A stretch of 64,000 nt of DNA from Tubiluchus corallicola (lineage: Eukaryota > Animalia > Priapulida), in contig JAQGDQ010000009.1 in assembly GCA_030141605.1 (NCBI GenBank), positions 124,001 to 188,000 of the forward strand, in the 5' to 3' direction. Below are positions 63,334 to 64,000 of the stretch, piece after piece (the first letter of the stretch is position 1; the number at the start of each line of letters is the position of its first letter). The notes beneath the pieces are model-generated. The model ran no database searches, was not told the DNA's origin, and was given only the letters and a program-made list of their open reading frames with translations. The translations under genes and the position numbers were made by a program.

Positions 63334-64000
63334 CTGGAAAAAATGATAGCAGTCATTAGTCAACAATGTTCTATATACTAAGCGACATTTCTGAGTGTCC
63401 AAATTTGCATGGCATCATTTTTACAAAAACACTAATACAAGTTGTTTTGCTTTCATGTCAGCAGTATTAATGGAGTAATAGAAAACCAACGAAATTTTAC
63501 TAGAAGATCCAGTTCGATTTTGGAGAACAATCCTAGTAACTGACAGTCCGTATTTTCTCCAAACACAGTACAGATATTATGAAAATATCAAAATAAAACA
63601 AAGCGCAATTACAATTTATAAATATTAGTAGACTTTGGAAGTAAATCAAGTATTCAATGTTATTAAGAATCTCCAGTTAAGCATAACAGTATGACTGGAG
63701 CAAGCACAATTTCCCTTGTTTTGGATCATATGCAACAGTATTATAATATCTAATGCACAAGCCAAAATCATTAAATAACATTTCTAATCTTATGTATGTA
63801 CGCAAATAGGCATACTTATAGCAGCAAATAGTTTTCCAAGCTGCCAAGTTTACTGGAAATCACTATCTAAAGAATATCCTATACGTTCCTACACTTAAAT
63901 TTTAAGCTAATGTGTTAAATATTAAAACAGGAAGCTAGACAAAATCGTAACAATTTCTCTACCAGCAATAATTATAGTAAAGGTTTCTTGTTCATTTGTA

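Noticed and set aside
63963-64000. Possible upstream PTP exon at the window edge
   Set aside because: No frame gives the required VHC-S end in phase 2; that exon must lie beyond the window

Overview
AT-rich, intron-containing genomic DNA of an invertebrate animal; it is not prokaryotic, and no CRISPR array, operon or phage was found. Four spliced protein-coding genes were reconstructed by hand from GT-AG boundaries and reading-frame continuity. (1) The last five exons of HEATR1/UTP10 (+, 255-3072). (2) A complete two-exon THIK-type K2P potassium channel, KCNK12/13-like, 421 aa (-, 10833-24710). (3) A complete 19-exon NELL1/2-like secreted protein, 825 aa, with signal peptide, LamG/TSPN, coiled coil, 5 vWC and 6 EGF domains (-, 31750-56382). 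(4) The last three exons of an R3-type (Ptp10D-like) receptor tyrosine phosphatase (-, 62408-63333). Introns and intergenic DNA hold decayed LINE RT fragments, several MITE families (Harbinger-like, Kolobok-like), a deleted Tc1/mariner element nested in a larger inverted repeat, candidate solo LTRs, 26/30/43-bp minisatellites and long pentanucleotide microsatellites. Most long ORFs in the supplied track are repeat artefacts. I cannot demonstrate a new biological system. The best leads are RNA-level: complementary (CAATA)/(TATTG) arrays flanking an in-frame 156-nt NELL exon pair, a palindrome over a NELL splice donor, a higher-order 43-bp minisatellite upstream of the channel gene, and a structured GC-rich island in NELL intron 2. 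All homology calls come from remembered protein motifs, not from searches.
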